Positions 55,975 to 63,980 are shown, counted from the first letter of the stretch. The stretch is 64,000 nucleotides of DNA from Lachnospiraceae bacterium UBA3282 (GCA_002361735.1 DETS01000011.1:18539-82538); one strand, 5' to 3'. Translations and numbers: made by a program. Notes: generated by a model from the sequence alone, not told the origin.

Positions 55975-57552
55975 TCAGTTCGTCGTGCTGCCCTGGATTA
56001 CGACTTTCCGCTTGTCAAGCGGAAAACCGCTCGCCGCTGCCCCCTCTTCGTAGACGCTGACCTCCACATCGTAAATCAGCTCCGTAACCTCGCCTGGATC
56101 AGGATCTTTGCCCATGGGGCTGCGCACGCCGTCCAACGTAAAGATATTCATGCCGCTTGTGCCGCTTAAATCCATATGCGTCCCGTTTACGGTAAACTGC
56201 GCCGGAATCTCCGGATTTGTACCGGGCGCACCGGCCAGATACTTTTCGCCCACCAGATTCAACCCCAAATTGGTCTTTAAGGTAAACTTATCCTTGTCAA
56301 AATGCGGCTCATTGACCTCGACGTCAACGTGATAGAGCAGCTCCGCCGACAGCAGCTGCGGATCGCTCAAATACTCCGGGTCACTCAGATCGGGAAGCTT
56401 CTGCCCCGGATTTGCCGGGTCGTCCATCAGTTTCTCATACCGCTGCTTCGCAATCAGGAGATTTAAGTCCAGGCCCGAGTCGTTATTTATGATGATCTTA
56501 TCGGGCGCAGCCGCGCCGTAAAGCGGATAGTAGAAAATGTTGACGTTGAGTTTTCCGTCCTCCGTTCTGGCAATGCTGCCGCCGGGCATCTTATCCACCA
56601 CGATCCCGGCGTCAATATCCCCATAGGTTGTCACCGGTATATCTATCCCGTTGATGTCTTTATAGTGAAACATATATTTCTGCGTGATCACCATATCCGC
56701 CTTAGGATCCCCGTTTTCATCGACCTCACCGCTGACCGAGAGATCTATGATGATTTCCCGACTAATCTGGTCAAAAAAGACAGGGGCATTTTTATAACAG
56801 ACATAGTTCGCCGAAAGCGGCGTATTTTTCTTCCACAGGCTCTCATACGCATCGTCAAGATCTGCGTCCGCAACCCCGGATGCTTTGAGCTTCGCCTTGA
56901 CAGCCGACTTTATATTCGTATTCTTAAAAACACTGTCAAGCACCGCCCGCCTGATCTTCGTTGACTCTACAAAGGTGCCGTTCTCTTTATCGATGCTCCT
57001 GGCGTCCGCCAAAGCCGCGTCGTTAAATATGCCGTCGTGTTTACGATCCGCTTTGAACGCGCCGCACATCGTACACTTTTCACCGTCAAAAAAAGCCTGT
57101 TCGTAGATATGGCTATGGGAAGCGAAACGTGCAGGATCCATATATCCTCTGGCGTCCACCACGATCTTAGCGTCGAACTTACTGCCCTGCATACTCACAT
57201 CCTTCATGCTGAACACATAGAGTCCGTCCGTGGGATTGCCCATACCCGGCGCCTCCTCCGCCACGCCGCCCTTGATCAGTCTGCTGTCGATCACATAGAA
57301 ACCGTCCGCAGGCTTATCAAACTGCGTCCTGATCTCCTCGATATTATAAGCCTTGAGTCCCTCCATGATATCCTGCGCCGCCGTGGTCGCCCGCAGGGTC
57401 TGTCTGGACCTGATGTTGAGTTTATTGGAAGACAGGAACAAATTCAACAGCGGGATCACAATGATAGCAAGGATAACAACTGCTATCAAAAGCTCCAACA
57501 GAGAAAAACCGGCATCTTTATTCAATTTTCGCCTGTCTGCTGCTGTTGTCAA
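55975..57552 (-). CDS. large (525 aa) pilin-like protein with prepilin N-terminus
   Basis: The start is TTG, 7 nt after GGGAGGG. The leader is MTTAADRRKLNKDAG and the mature N-terminus is FSLLELLIAVVILAIIVIPLL (Glu +5). Confidence 0.8.
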   Translation of the reverse strand: MTTAADRRKLNKDAGFSLLELLIAVVILAIIVIPLLNLFLSSNKLNIRSRQTLRATTAAQDIMEGLKAYNIEEIRTQFDKPADGFYVIDSRLIKGGVAEEAPGMGNPTDGLYVFSMKDVSMQGSKFDAKIVVDARGYMDPARFASHSHIYEQAFFDGEKCTMCGAFKADRKHDGIFNDAALADARSIDKENGTFVESTKIRRAVLDSVFKNTNIKSAVKAKLKASGVADADLDDAYESLWKKNTPLSANYVCYKNAPVFFDQISREIIIDLSVSGEVDENGDPKADMVITQKYMFHYKDINGIDIPVTTYGDIDAGIVVDKMPGGSIARTEDGKLNVNIFYYPLYGAAAPDKIIINNDSGLDLNLLIAKQRYEKLMDDPANPGQKLPDLSDPEYLSDPQLLSAELLYHVDVEVNEPHFDKDKFTLKTNLGLNLVGEKYLAGAPGTNPEIPAQFTVNGTHMDLSGTSGMNIFTLDGVRSPMGKDPDPGEVTELIYDVEVSVYEEGAAASGFPLDKRKVVIQGSTTN

Positions 57553-57617
57553 ACCGCTGCCCTCCCTTTCCTGATACTGCCTTTTGCGTTATGTTAACCA
57601 ACGCTCGGATATCGTTC

Positions 57618-58469
57618 CTATTCCGCCGCGGGTTCCTCTGCTTCACCCTCGGCATTTTCACCTTCTTCGTTTTCCGCGCCTTCCTCCAGATCGGGAAGAT
57701 TTCCCTCGCTGCGGATCACTCTTGTGCCAAAGATATTATTTGTACCCAAAAGCACACCGCCAAAGTCAGGCTCCTCGTACTCCTTGCCCTCCTGCCCGGG
57801 TACACAGAACAGATCCACTGTCGTGGAACCCTTCAAAAGCCCCGTCTGCTCATCGTAAACCACCGTCAGGTTGTTAATGACCATGCGGTCGGTCTGCATA
57901 CAGATATTTTTGACGCTGCGCTTTAAGCCCTCATAAGATACTCCGTAATTAATCGTTGCTCTGCGGTACATCAGATTAAAAGGATTCGCACCGGACGCAT
58001 CGTGTGTCACATCCGCTTCGACCGTTGTGGGATCCTGCGTCCCCGTAGCGTCCTCGATTTCTTCCACTTCTTCGATCTCGTAGGTAGCATCCGGCATATC
58101 CGGATCCTGTGCCTCCACTATCGGCACCTCCAAAAGGGCGTCTATGGTGACGGACTCCACCTCCATCGGAGAAAGCAGTTCCTGATTGATCGCCAAAAGG
58201 ATCGCGTTTTCCTCGCGCACATCCACCGGGAAAAGCTGGTAAATTTCCTCCATCTCCCTGCGCATCCGCGCCGTCTCACTCTCGTAGGTGTCGCGGTTTT
58301 CCTTCTTGCTCTGCAGATCCGCGATCCGATCCTCCAACTGCTTATTCTCCTGCATAAGCGCCTCGTTCTTTTCCGTCGTCGGCTGGAATACAAACAGATA
58401 GGAGCAAACGGCAGCCAGGATACCCAGAAAACCAACCAAAATCAATATATCTCTCTTTGATACCTTCAT
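57618..58469 (-). CDS. pilO: PilO-like pilus assembly protein
   Basis: 283 aa. It has an N-terminal TM (ILILVGFLGILAAVCSYLFV), a coiled coil (NEALMQENKQLEDRIADLQSKKE) and a globular domain. It sits after PilM-PilN. The C-terminal tail is acidic. Confidence 0.65.
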   Translation of the reverse strand: MKVSKRDILILVGFLGILAAVCSYLFVFQPTTEKNEALMQENKQLEDRIADLQSKKENRDTYESETARMRREMEEIYQLFPVDVREENAILLAINQELLSPMEVESVTIDALLEVPIVEAQDPDMPDATYEIEEVEEIEDATGTQDPTTVEADVTHDASGANPFNLMYRRATINYGVSYEGLKRSVKNICMQTDRMVINNLTVVYDEQTGLLKGSTTVDLFCVPGQEGKEYEEPDFGGVLLGTNNIFGTRVIRSEGNLPDLEEGAENEEGENAEGEAEEPAAE

Positions 58470-58481
58470 CCCGCCTGCCTC

Positions 58482-60245
58482 CTATTCCGCTGCTGCAGCC
58501 GCATCCGCGTCTGTTCCGCCGTCTTCTGTATCTTCTGTATCTTCCGTCTCCTCGGGCGGCTCATAGCCCACTGCCTGATAGGGCGCCGTCACCGTAAAGT
58601 TGACTGTATGCTCGCCGCTCTCCTGATTCTCCTCCTCGACAATGGAAGTCACTGTCACGCGATCCGGAATCAACGAGTGGAAGGTACGCATCTGCTCCAC
58701 CGTCTCACCCACATCATCCTTTGTCTGCACCTTCATATTGATGCTGACCTCGAGGGAACTGCTGGAAAAGGAAACAACATTGACATTGGAGGGCAGCTTA
58801 TCCTCGAGCTCTCCCAAAAATTCTTCCAGCTCCTCGTTCCTGCTCTCCGTCGCGTCGTACATGGCGCCTACCATAGCACGCTCCGTCTGTACTCTGACAT
58901 ATTCATTATAGATGGGGATGATATCTTCCAGACTGCCCGCCTGCGCCTTTAACTCCATATTCGTCTTTGTCAGCTTCGCGTAGTTGACCATCGGAATCGC
59001 TGCCAGAGCGGCGGCCGCCGCCAGACCAACGCCAAAGATACTGTAAGCAAGCGGCGCCCAATTCGTCCCCTTTTCCGCGCTGCTGCCTGCTTTGCCCTTC
59101 TTTTCCTTACCGCGCTTCTCCGCCTCCTGCTTAAAATCAAGCGGTGCGACAGCGGCGCCCACGCAGGCTATGTATTCGCTGAAGCACTCGTTCTTAAAGT
59201 TACGCATCAGGTTCCAGCCTGCCGCTTCCTTTAAGACCGTCACCGGCATATTGACTTCCTGAGAAATCAATTCGCCCATGCCCTTAAAGTCCGCGCCGAG
59301 ACCCGTGATGAGGATCCTTTCGATGCCTTCGCCCGAAGTCCTGGACGCATAGTAATCGATGACACGGGAGATACCGTTGACCAGCGGCACAATGGCATCC
59401 ATCACGTCCTCCAGCGCCTTGGTCTTTGCCGTCCGCACCACAGGCTGCGGCTCCGGTCTGCCGATATGCGGTTCCTCCGTCTCAACTTTCTCTGTCTTTG
59501 ATTTATCCTCCAGCGTGATACACTCGTTTCGCTGCAGCACGCGGATCGCCTGCTCCACGGAAGTAACCTCGCCCCAGCAGAGCGTGTTCATGACCGCCTC
59601 CATGACCGCCTCCACGCCGTAGGAAACGTTTCTGGTAAAGGTCATCACGGAATCCTCCACCGCCATCACCAGGGAAGACCGCTCGTCAATCTTAACGACG
59701 ATGTGCTTTCCTTTTGCACACTCGTCCTTCACTACCTGATAAATACTGTTGCTGGCGTAGTCAATCGCCGCCACCTCCAGCTTCAGCGCCTTCGCCAGCT
59801 CATAATAACCCGTAAGGAGCGAGGACGGTACTGCAATCACCATCAGCTTATACTGCTGAGAGCCCTTTTCCCCGACTGTCCCTAAGATCGTATAAGAAAG
59901 CTGATACTGGCTTAAGTCCACCGGAAAATAATCCGAAGCGTTGGCGTTGACCACGTCCGCGATCCTGTTCTCCTTTACAAAGGGGATCATGACTTCACGG
60001 CTGGCGATCTTGGAAGAACCGATCGTGAACACCACCTGTTTGGTCTTTACATGGTTCACCGCAAGCGCGCGCTGCAGATTCGCCACATATTCGGGAGTCG
60101 CATTCAGCGCGCCGTCGTTAATGATCTCCGCGCCGTTTGCCACCGTAAAACTCTTATAGATTCTGTGTGTCTTCGCCTTGTAGTCCACTTCGCAGACTTT
60201 CGTCAGCGAATAGCCGATCTCTATCGTGATCGCTCTGGAAGCCAT
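58482..60245 (-). CDS. pilM: PilM-PilN fusion protein (actin-like ATPase fold + TM + PilN-like domain)
   Basis: 587 aa. The N-terminus ITIEIGYSLTKVCEV...VFTIGSSKIASREVMIPFV...RILITGLGADFKGMGELI is PilM/FtsA-like. A TM follows (WAPLAYSIFGVGLAAAAALAAIPMV), then a coiled coil and a PilN-like domain. Confidence 0.75.
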   Translation of the reverse strand: MASRAITIEIGYSLTKVCEVDYKAKTHRIYKSFTVANGAEIINDGALNATPEYVANLQRALAVNHVKTKQVVFTIGSSKIASREVMIPFVKENRIADVVNANASDYFPVDLSQYQLSYTILGTVGEKGSQQYKLMVIAVPSSLLTGYYELAKALKLEVAAIDYASNSIYQVVKDECAKGKHIVVKIDERSSLVMAVEDSVMTFTRNVSYGVEAVMEAVMNTLCWGEVTSVEQAIRVLQRNECITLEDKSKTEKVETEEPHIGRPEPQPVVRTAKTKALEDVMDAIVPLVNGISRVIDYYASRTSGEGIERILITGLGADFKGMGELISQEVNMPVTVLKEAAGWNLMRNFKNECFSEYIACVGAAVAPLDFKQEAEKRGKEKKGKAGSSAEKGTNWAPLAYSIFGVGLAAAAALAAIPMVNYAKLTKTNMELKAQAGSLEDIIPIYNEYVRVQTERAMVGAMYDATESRNEELEEFLGELEDKLPSNVNVVSFSSSSLEVSINMKVQTKDDVGETVEQMRTFHSLIPDRVTVTSIVEEENQESGEHTVNFTVTAPYQAVGYEPPEETEDTEDTEDGGTDADAAAAAE

Positions 60246-60312
60246 TTGCCATTTCCTCCCTCATTTCGCCAGGCGCTCAAAAACGCCTGCCGATATTCTC
60301 ATCTATAAAGTG

Positions 60313-60342
60313 ACAATAAACCTGCCGGGGATGCCCGCAGGT
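60313..60342 (-). terminator. terminator-like hairpin between pilD and pilM
   Basis: The minus strand reads ACCTGCGGG-CAT-CCCCGGCAGGT (a ~9-bp stem with one bulge) followed by TTTATTGT. Confidence 0.45.
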
Positions 60343-60435
60343 ATTATTTCCTAAATTAGATTCACTCTGCCGTGCTTGAAAAACCGACGGTTTTCCTCGC
60401 TCGCGGGCTGTTCTACGCTCCGCTTCCGGCAGCGC

Positions 60436-61191
60436 TCACAGCAATCGTGAAAAGTACCAGTTTATCATCCGCTCGCCCCACAGCGCCGCGATCATGACGC
60501 CCATCGATAAGTAGGGTCCCATCGCCAATACATGCCCCTCGCCGCTTACTTTCATGCGGATCACATGGATGACTGCGCCCAAAACACAGCCGAGCAGAAA
60601 CGCCAAAATAATCAATTTCCAGCCGAGCAGCAGTCCGCAGGCTGCCATCAGCTTCACATCGCCGCCGCCGATCGCTCTGCCGCCGGTGGCATAGTACAAA
60701 ATCGCTAACACAATACTGACAGAAAGGGAGCCGATCAAGTAGGTAAGGATATTGGAGAAGTCCGTCGCCGCCCGGATCAGCCCCAGTGCCAGTATAAACA
60801 GATTGATTCCAAAGGGAATCTCATAAGTCCTAAAATCGATCACGCTCAACACAAGGAGCGCGGAAGCCAATAGACAATAGAGTAGGGAATCTATGCCTAT
60901 ACCGCCTGTCCATACGATACAAACGTATAAGATTCCGTTCGCCGCCTCAATCAGAGGATACTGGACAGAAAGTTTCGCGCCGCATTTGCGGCACTTTCCC
61001 CGCAGGGCAAGGAAGCTGAACAGCGGGATCATATCGTACCATTTGAGGTGGTAGCCGCAGCTCATACAATGGGAGGCGGTCTTTACGATGTCCTCCTTCT
61101 TCGGGATGCGATAGATGCAGACGTTTAAGAAGCTGCCGATCACGATGCCAAAGATGAATATGATGCAGTAGAGTATGATATCCGGTGCCAT
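60436..61191 (-). CDS. pilD: prepilin peptidase / N-methyltransferase (A24 family, PilD)
   Basis: The MAPDIILYCIIFIFGIVIGSFLNVCIYRIP start is followed by the Cys box HCMSCG...CRKCG. Catalytic Asp contexts are VIDFRTYEIP and GGGDVKLMAACG. I chose ATG 61191 with an AAAGGA RBS. The track's TTG 61248 would read through the G12 tract. Confidence 0.9.
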   Translation of the reverse strand: MAPDIILYCIIFIFGIVIGSFLNVCIYRIPKKEDIVKTASHCMSCGYHLKWYDMIPLFSFLALRGKCRKCGAKLSVQYPLIEAANGILYVCIVWTGGIGIDSLLYCLLASALLVLSVIDFRTYEIPFGINLFILALGLIRAATDFSNILTYLIGSLSVSIVLAILYYATGGRAIGGGDVKLMAACGLLLGWKLIILAFLLGCVLGAVIHVIRMKVSGEGHVLAMGPYLSMGVMIAALWGERMINWYFSRLL

Positions 61192-61230
61192 GTCCTGTCC
61201 TTTACGGGAAAATTGGTTGGTAACGTATTT

Positions 61231-61242
61231 CCCCCCCCCCCC
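61231..61242 (-). repeat. homopolymeric G12 tract (C12 on the + strand) 39 nt upstream of the pilD ATG
   Basis: Twelve consecutive C on the plus strand. It is the only homopolymer of this length that I noticed in the window. Confidence 0.95.
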
Positions 61243-61345
61243 ATGCAAAAATGCGTTTTTTGAAGTTCGCTTTTCTGCACAGAGGGCGAGGGGTTACGTT
61301 GTGTTGCTTATGTCTTTATCTTATGTAGGTTGTGCGGGTAGGTTA

Positions 61346-61822
61346 TCAGGTCCCGGCAGGCTTGCCAGCCATAGCATCCTGAAAAGCAGTGGTAGCTTTT
61401 CCGCCTGTGTTTGTATAAACCCAGGTAATATCACCATTAGCCCCCATTGTTCCCGTCATCGTATAAGTAGCCCATCTGGTCTTGCTGACACACTTAATAT
61501 CAGCTACCTTGAGCCCTGCCGCTTTGATTGCATCCGTTCCAACTGCTGATGCAGTACCATCTATTGTTGTGCCGGTACCCTCAACCTTAATTTCAATAGT
61601 CTGCCCTGCAGTCGCGGAAGATGATGCCTCAGGATCAGCGCACCATGTTTCAACTGCAATTTTGAGCTCGGTCGCATTCTGCAGATCGGTTGAGTTACGG
61701 GATCTCTCCACGTATTTCAGGTACTGAGGAGCCAGTACCACGATCAGGATCGCCATGATCGCGATAACGATAATCAGCTCGACGAGGGAGAAACCTTTGT
61801 TGTTCATGTTCTCTTTTTTCAT
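61346..61822 (-). CDS. pilA: major type IV pilin (158 aa)
   Basis: The leader is MKKENMNNKG and the mature N-terminus is FSLVELIIVIAIMAILIVVLAPQYLKYVE (Glu +5). The RBS is strong (GGAGAAGGAAACAATG). There are two Cys residues in the C-terminal half. Confidence 0.88.
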   Translation of the reverse strand: MKKENMNNKGFSLVELIIVIAIMAILIVVLAPQYLKYVERSRNSTDLQNATELKIAVETWCADPEASSSATAGQTIEIKVEGTGTTIDGTASAVGTDAIKAAGLKVADIKCVSKTRWATYTMTGTMGANGDITWVYTNTGGKATTAFQDAMAGKPAGT

Positions 61823-61910
61823 TGTTTCCTTCTCCTTTTCCTCATGATTCTTGGTTGTTTGGTTTTTGGTTACTCTATCTTAAACGCGGCTGTTCCCTAC
61901 TCAGGCGCGT

Positions 61911-62087
61911 TTAATTCGGTTTGTTTTTCCTCTCCCGGAATTGACGCTCCAGTCGTTTCAATAATTCTTTATTTTCCCGAAATATCTGTCTCAATTCTTC
62001 CTCATCCACATCATCTCTCTGCCCTGCCGGACAAAGGGTAATCGGTGCAGGATTAAATTTTATATCGTTCAATGTATACTCACTCAT
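61911..62087 (-). CDS. small hypothetical protein (58 aa) with charged helical C-terminus
   Basis: I moved the start to ATG 62087 (MSEYTLNDIKF...) after GGAAGGTG. It begins 16 nt after the stop of the JAB-like ORF. A short hairpin follows at 61884-61910. Confidence 0.5.
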   Translation of the reverse strand: MSEYTLNDIKFNPAPITLCPAGQRDDVDEEELRQIFRENKELLKRLERQFRERKNKPN

Positions 62088-62103
62088 TTTTTCACCTTCC
62101 AAA

Positions 62104-62697
62104 CTAATGATAAAACAGTCCAACCTCACTGCACCTTGCCAAGAAGGTCAAACTCGCCATATAATATTCCTGTACCTTTGATTTCGCTGTTAATCCAACA
62201 ATACACTCGTTATATAATTCCATAGAAGCATCGTAGTTATATTCATTATCTTTGCAAAGATAATGGACAATACCTTGATTTGTAACTACTACCATTATTC
62301 TAATTGACTCAAAATGAAGAAAAAATCTTATATCTTCTATCGATAATGTCTGCGTAGACGGATGATTATGCAAAACCACCACAGCGCATCTTCGTGATGA
62401 CAAAATCAAATGATTCGATGCCGTATCTGCACAGATATCTACTTCATGTTCATCCCCAAAAGAAATACCAATTTCTTTCCACGGATCATCTCCATCTAAT
62501 GTACAGGTTATTGCCACCTCATTGCTATTGTTTTCTGTCTGCGATGTGAGCAAAACAAGTTTCGCCAACTGATACAGCACATCACTTTCCTTGTCGCTTA
62601 GTCCCCTGTATTGTATCAAAGGAACTTTTTCAACAGCAACATCTGTAATATATATCTTTTTATCTCTCTTTTTTGCAAATAGTTTCGTTTCTTCCAC
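62104..62697 (-). CDS. JAB/MPN (RadC-like) metalloprotease-domain protein, divergent
   Basis: At about 62337-62378 the motif CAVVVLHNHPSTQTLSIEDI matches the RadC/JAMM pattern aaIlaHNHPSGxxxPSxxDI, but the spacer is one residue shorter. A candidate upstream Glu is in KEIGISF. The GTG start has a weak RBS, so the start is uncertain. Confidence 0.55.
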   Translation of the reverse strand: MEETKLFAKKRDKKIYITDVAVEKVPLIQYRGLSDKESDVLYQLAKLVLLTSQTENNSNEVAITCTLDGDDPWKEIGISFGDEHEVDICADTASNHLILSSRRCAVVVLHNHPSTQTLSIEDIRFFLHFESIRIMVVVTNQGIVHYLCKDNEYNYDASMELYNECIVGLTAKSKVQEYYMASLTFLARCSEVGLFYH

Positions 62698-62743
62698 TCT
62701 ATTTTATGCAACCGCTTCCTTAATACTCTATACTATCATTTAT

Positions 62744-63958
62744 TTACAGGTTATCCAGTGCCGCGTACATCGTCACCATAGGCGCCATCACCGCCGCGAT
62801 CAGGATGCCGACGATACCCGCCAGTACGATGATGATCATGGGCTCCATAGCCGCCATCAGGGACTGCACCGCCATCTCCACTTCTTCTTCGTAGTAGTCC
62901 GCCAGTTTATTGAGCATCTCCTCCGTGGAACCCGCTTCCTCACCGATCCTCATCATATGATAGACCATGGGCGGGAACAAACCGCAGGTCTGCACGGGCT
63001 GCGATAAGGGCACGCCGACCATGATCTGCTCGAGCGCCGACTTTAAGGCTTCCTTAAACCAGATATTCGTCATGGTGTCCGAGACGATGTCCACCGCCTC
63101 GATCAGAGGCACGCCTGCCGTCAGCAGGGTGCTTAACGTCCGCGCCATCTGTGCGCTGGCTGTTTTTACCACCAGATTCTTAATTGCGGGAATCTTTAAC
63201 TGCAGCTTCCCGAACACATGCTTGCCGGAATTGGTCTTTGCGTATGTCTTAATCAAAAATACGACAGCTATGACCACGGGAATGATGATGTACCAGTTAT
63301 TTTGAATAAAATTACTGAGGGCGACCACCGCCAGCGTGATTGCCGGAAGCTCCGTATCGAGCTGCTCAAACATATCCATATAACGGGGGATGACGAACAC
63401 CAGCATCACGATCACGACCACTACCGCAATGATTGCCACCACGATCGGGTAGATCATGGCTTTCTTTACCAATGCCTGCGTCTTTGCGGATTTCTCGAAC
63501 TGGATCGCCATGCGCTCCATCGCCGTATCCAGACTGCCGGACGCCTCGCCCGCCCTCGCCATCTGCACCAAAAGCTCCGGGAACACTGCCGGATGCTCCG
63601 CCAGGGAATCGGCAAAGCTCTCGCCCTTTTCCACATCGGCACGCACGGCGTAGAGGGCTTTCTGCATCTTCTTATTTTCCGTGGAATCCGCCAGCATGTT
63701 CAGGGTCTCGATGATCGTGACACCCGCTCTGGTGATGCTGGCAAACTGTCTGCAGAACACTGCCATATCACGGGGTGTCGGCTTGCTGCCGAAATCAAAG
63801 CTGATATCCTTGGTCAGCATATTCTGCTCTGTCAGTTCCAGCACAATAAGACCCTGATTTTTCAGATCCCTGAGCGCGAGATCCTTATTATCAGCGTCTC
63901 TACTGCCTTTTACTTCCTTGCCGCTTTTATCGATCGCAACATATCCCCAGACCGCCAT
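62744..63958 (-). CDS. pilC: type IV pilus/T2SS platform protein (GspF/PilC family)
   Basis: 404 aa with the duplicated T2SSF architecture. FCRQFASITRAGVTIIETL and MARTLSTLLTAGVPLIEAV each precede TM segments. The RBS is GGAGGA with a 6-nt spacer. Confidence 0.9.
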   Translation of the reverse strand: MAVWGYVAIDKSGKEVKGSRDADNKDLALRDLKNQGLIVLELTEQNMLTKDISFDFGSKPTPRDMAVFCRQFASITRAGVTIIETLNMLADSTENKKMQKALYAVRADVEKGESFADSLAEHPAVFPELLVQMARAGEASGSLDTAMERMAIQFEKSAKTQALVKKAMIYPIVVAIIAVVVVIVMLVFVIPRYMDMFEQLDTELPAITLAVVALSNFIQNNWYIIIPVVIAVVFLIKTYAKTNSGKHVFGKLQLKIPAIKNLVVKTASAQMARTLSTLLTAGVPLIEAVDIVSDTMTNIWFKEALKSALEQIMVGVPLSQPVQTCGLFPPMVYHMMRIGEEAGSTEEMLNKLADYYEEEVEMAVQSLMAAMEPMIIIVLAGIVGILIAAVMAPMVTMYAALDNL

Positions 63959-63980
63959 CGCATATCCTCCGTATTCCCCC

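Larger units (their letters stand above)
61879..62723 (-). other. AT-rich (~30-40% GC by eye) two-gene insert between pilC and pilA, bracketed by the 8-nt direct repeat TACTCTAT
   Basis: Hand counts give 18/60 GC in 62161-62220 and 18/60 GC in 62221-62280. Flanking genes are visibly >50% GC. TACTCTAT occurs at 61871-61878 and at 62724-62731. Confidence 0.55.

Noticed and set aside
61192-61248. Upstream TTG start that would extend PilD by 19 aa (MHGGGGKYVTNQFSRKGQD)
   Set aside because: The ATG at 61191 has an RBS and gives the canonical PilD N-terminus. The extension is encoded largely by the G12 tract and has no RBS. It is kept only as a possibility in the phase-variation finding.
61871-62731. 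8-nt direct repeat TACTCTAT as proof of transposition
   Set aside because: An 8-mer match between two short AT-rich flanks has a non-trivial chance probability. No inverted repeats, transposase or integrase are present. It is reported only as a weak supporting observation for the insert.
41013-63958. Idea that the pilus locus is a competence (DNA-uptake) pseudopilus because comM and dprA lie immediately downstream
   Set aside because: A strong terminator and a separate promoter separate them. The comM-dprA-topA-codY arrangement is generic housekeeping synteny in Firmicutes. The PilMNO components and giant pilins do not resemble comG-type operons. Adjacency alone is not evidence.
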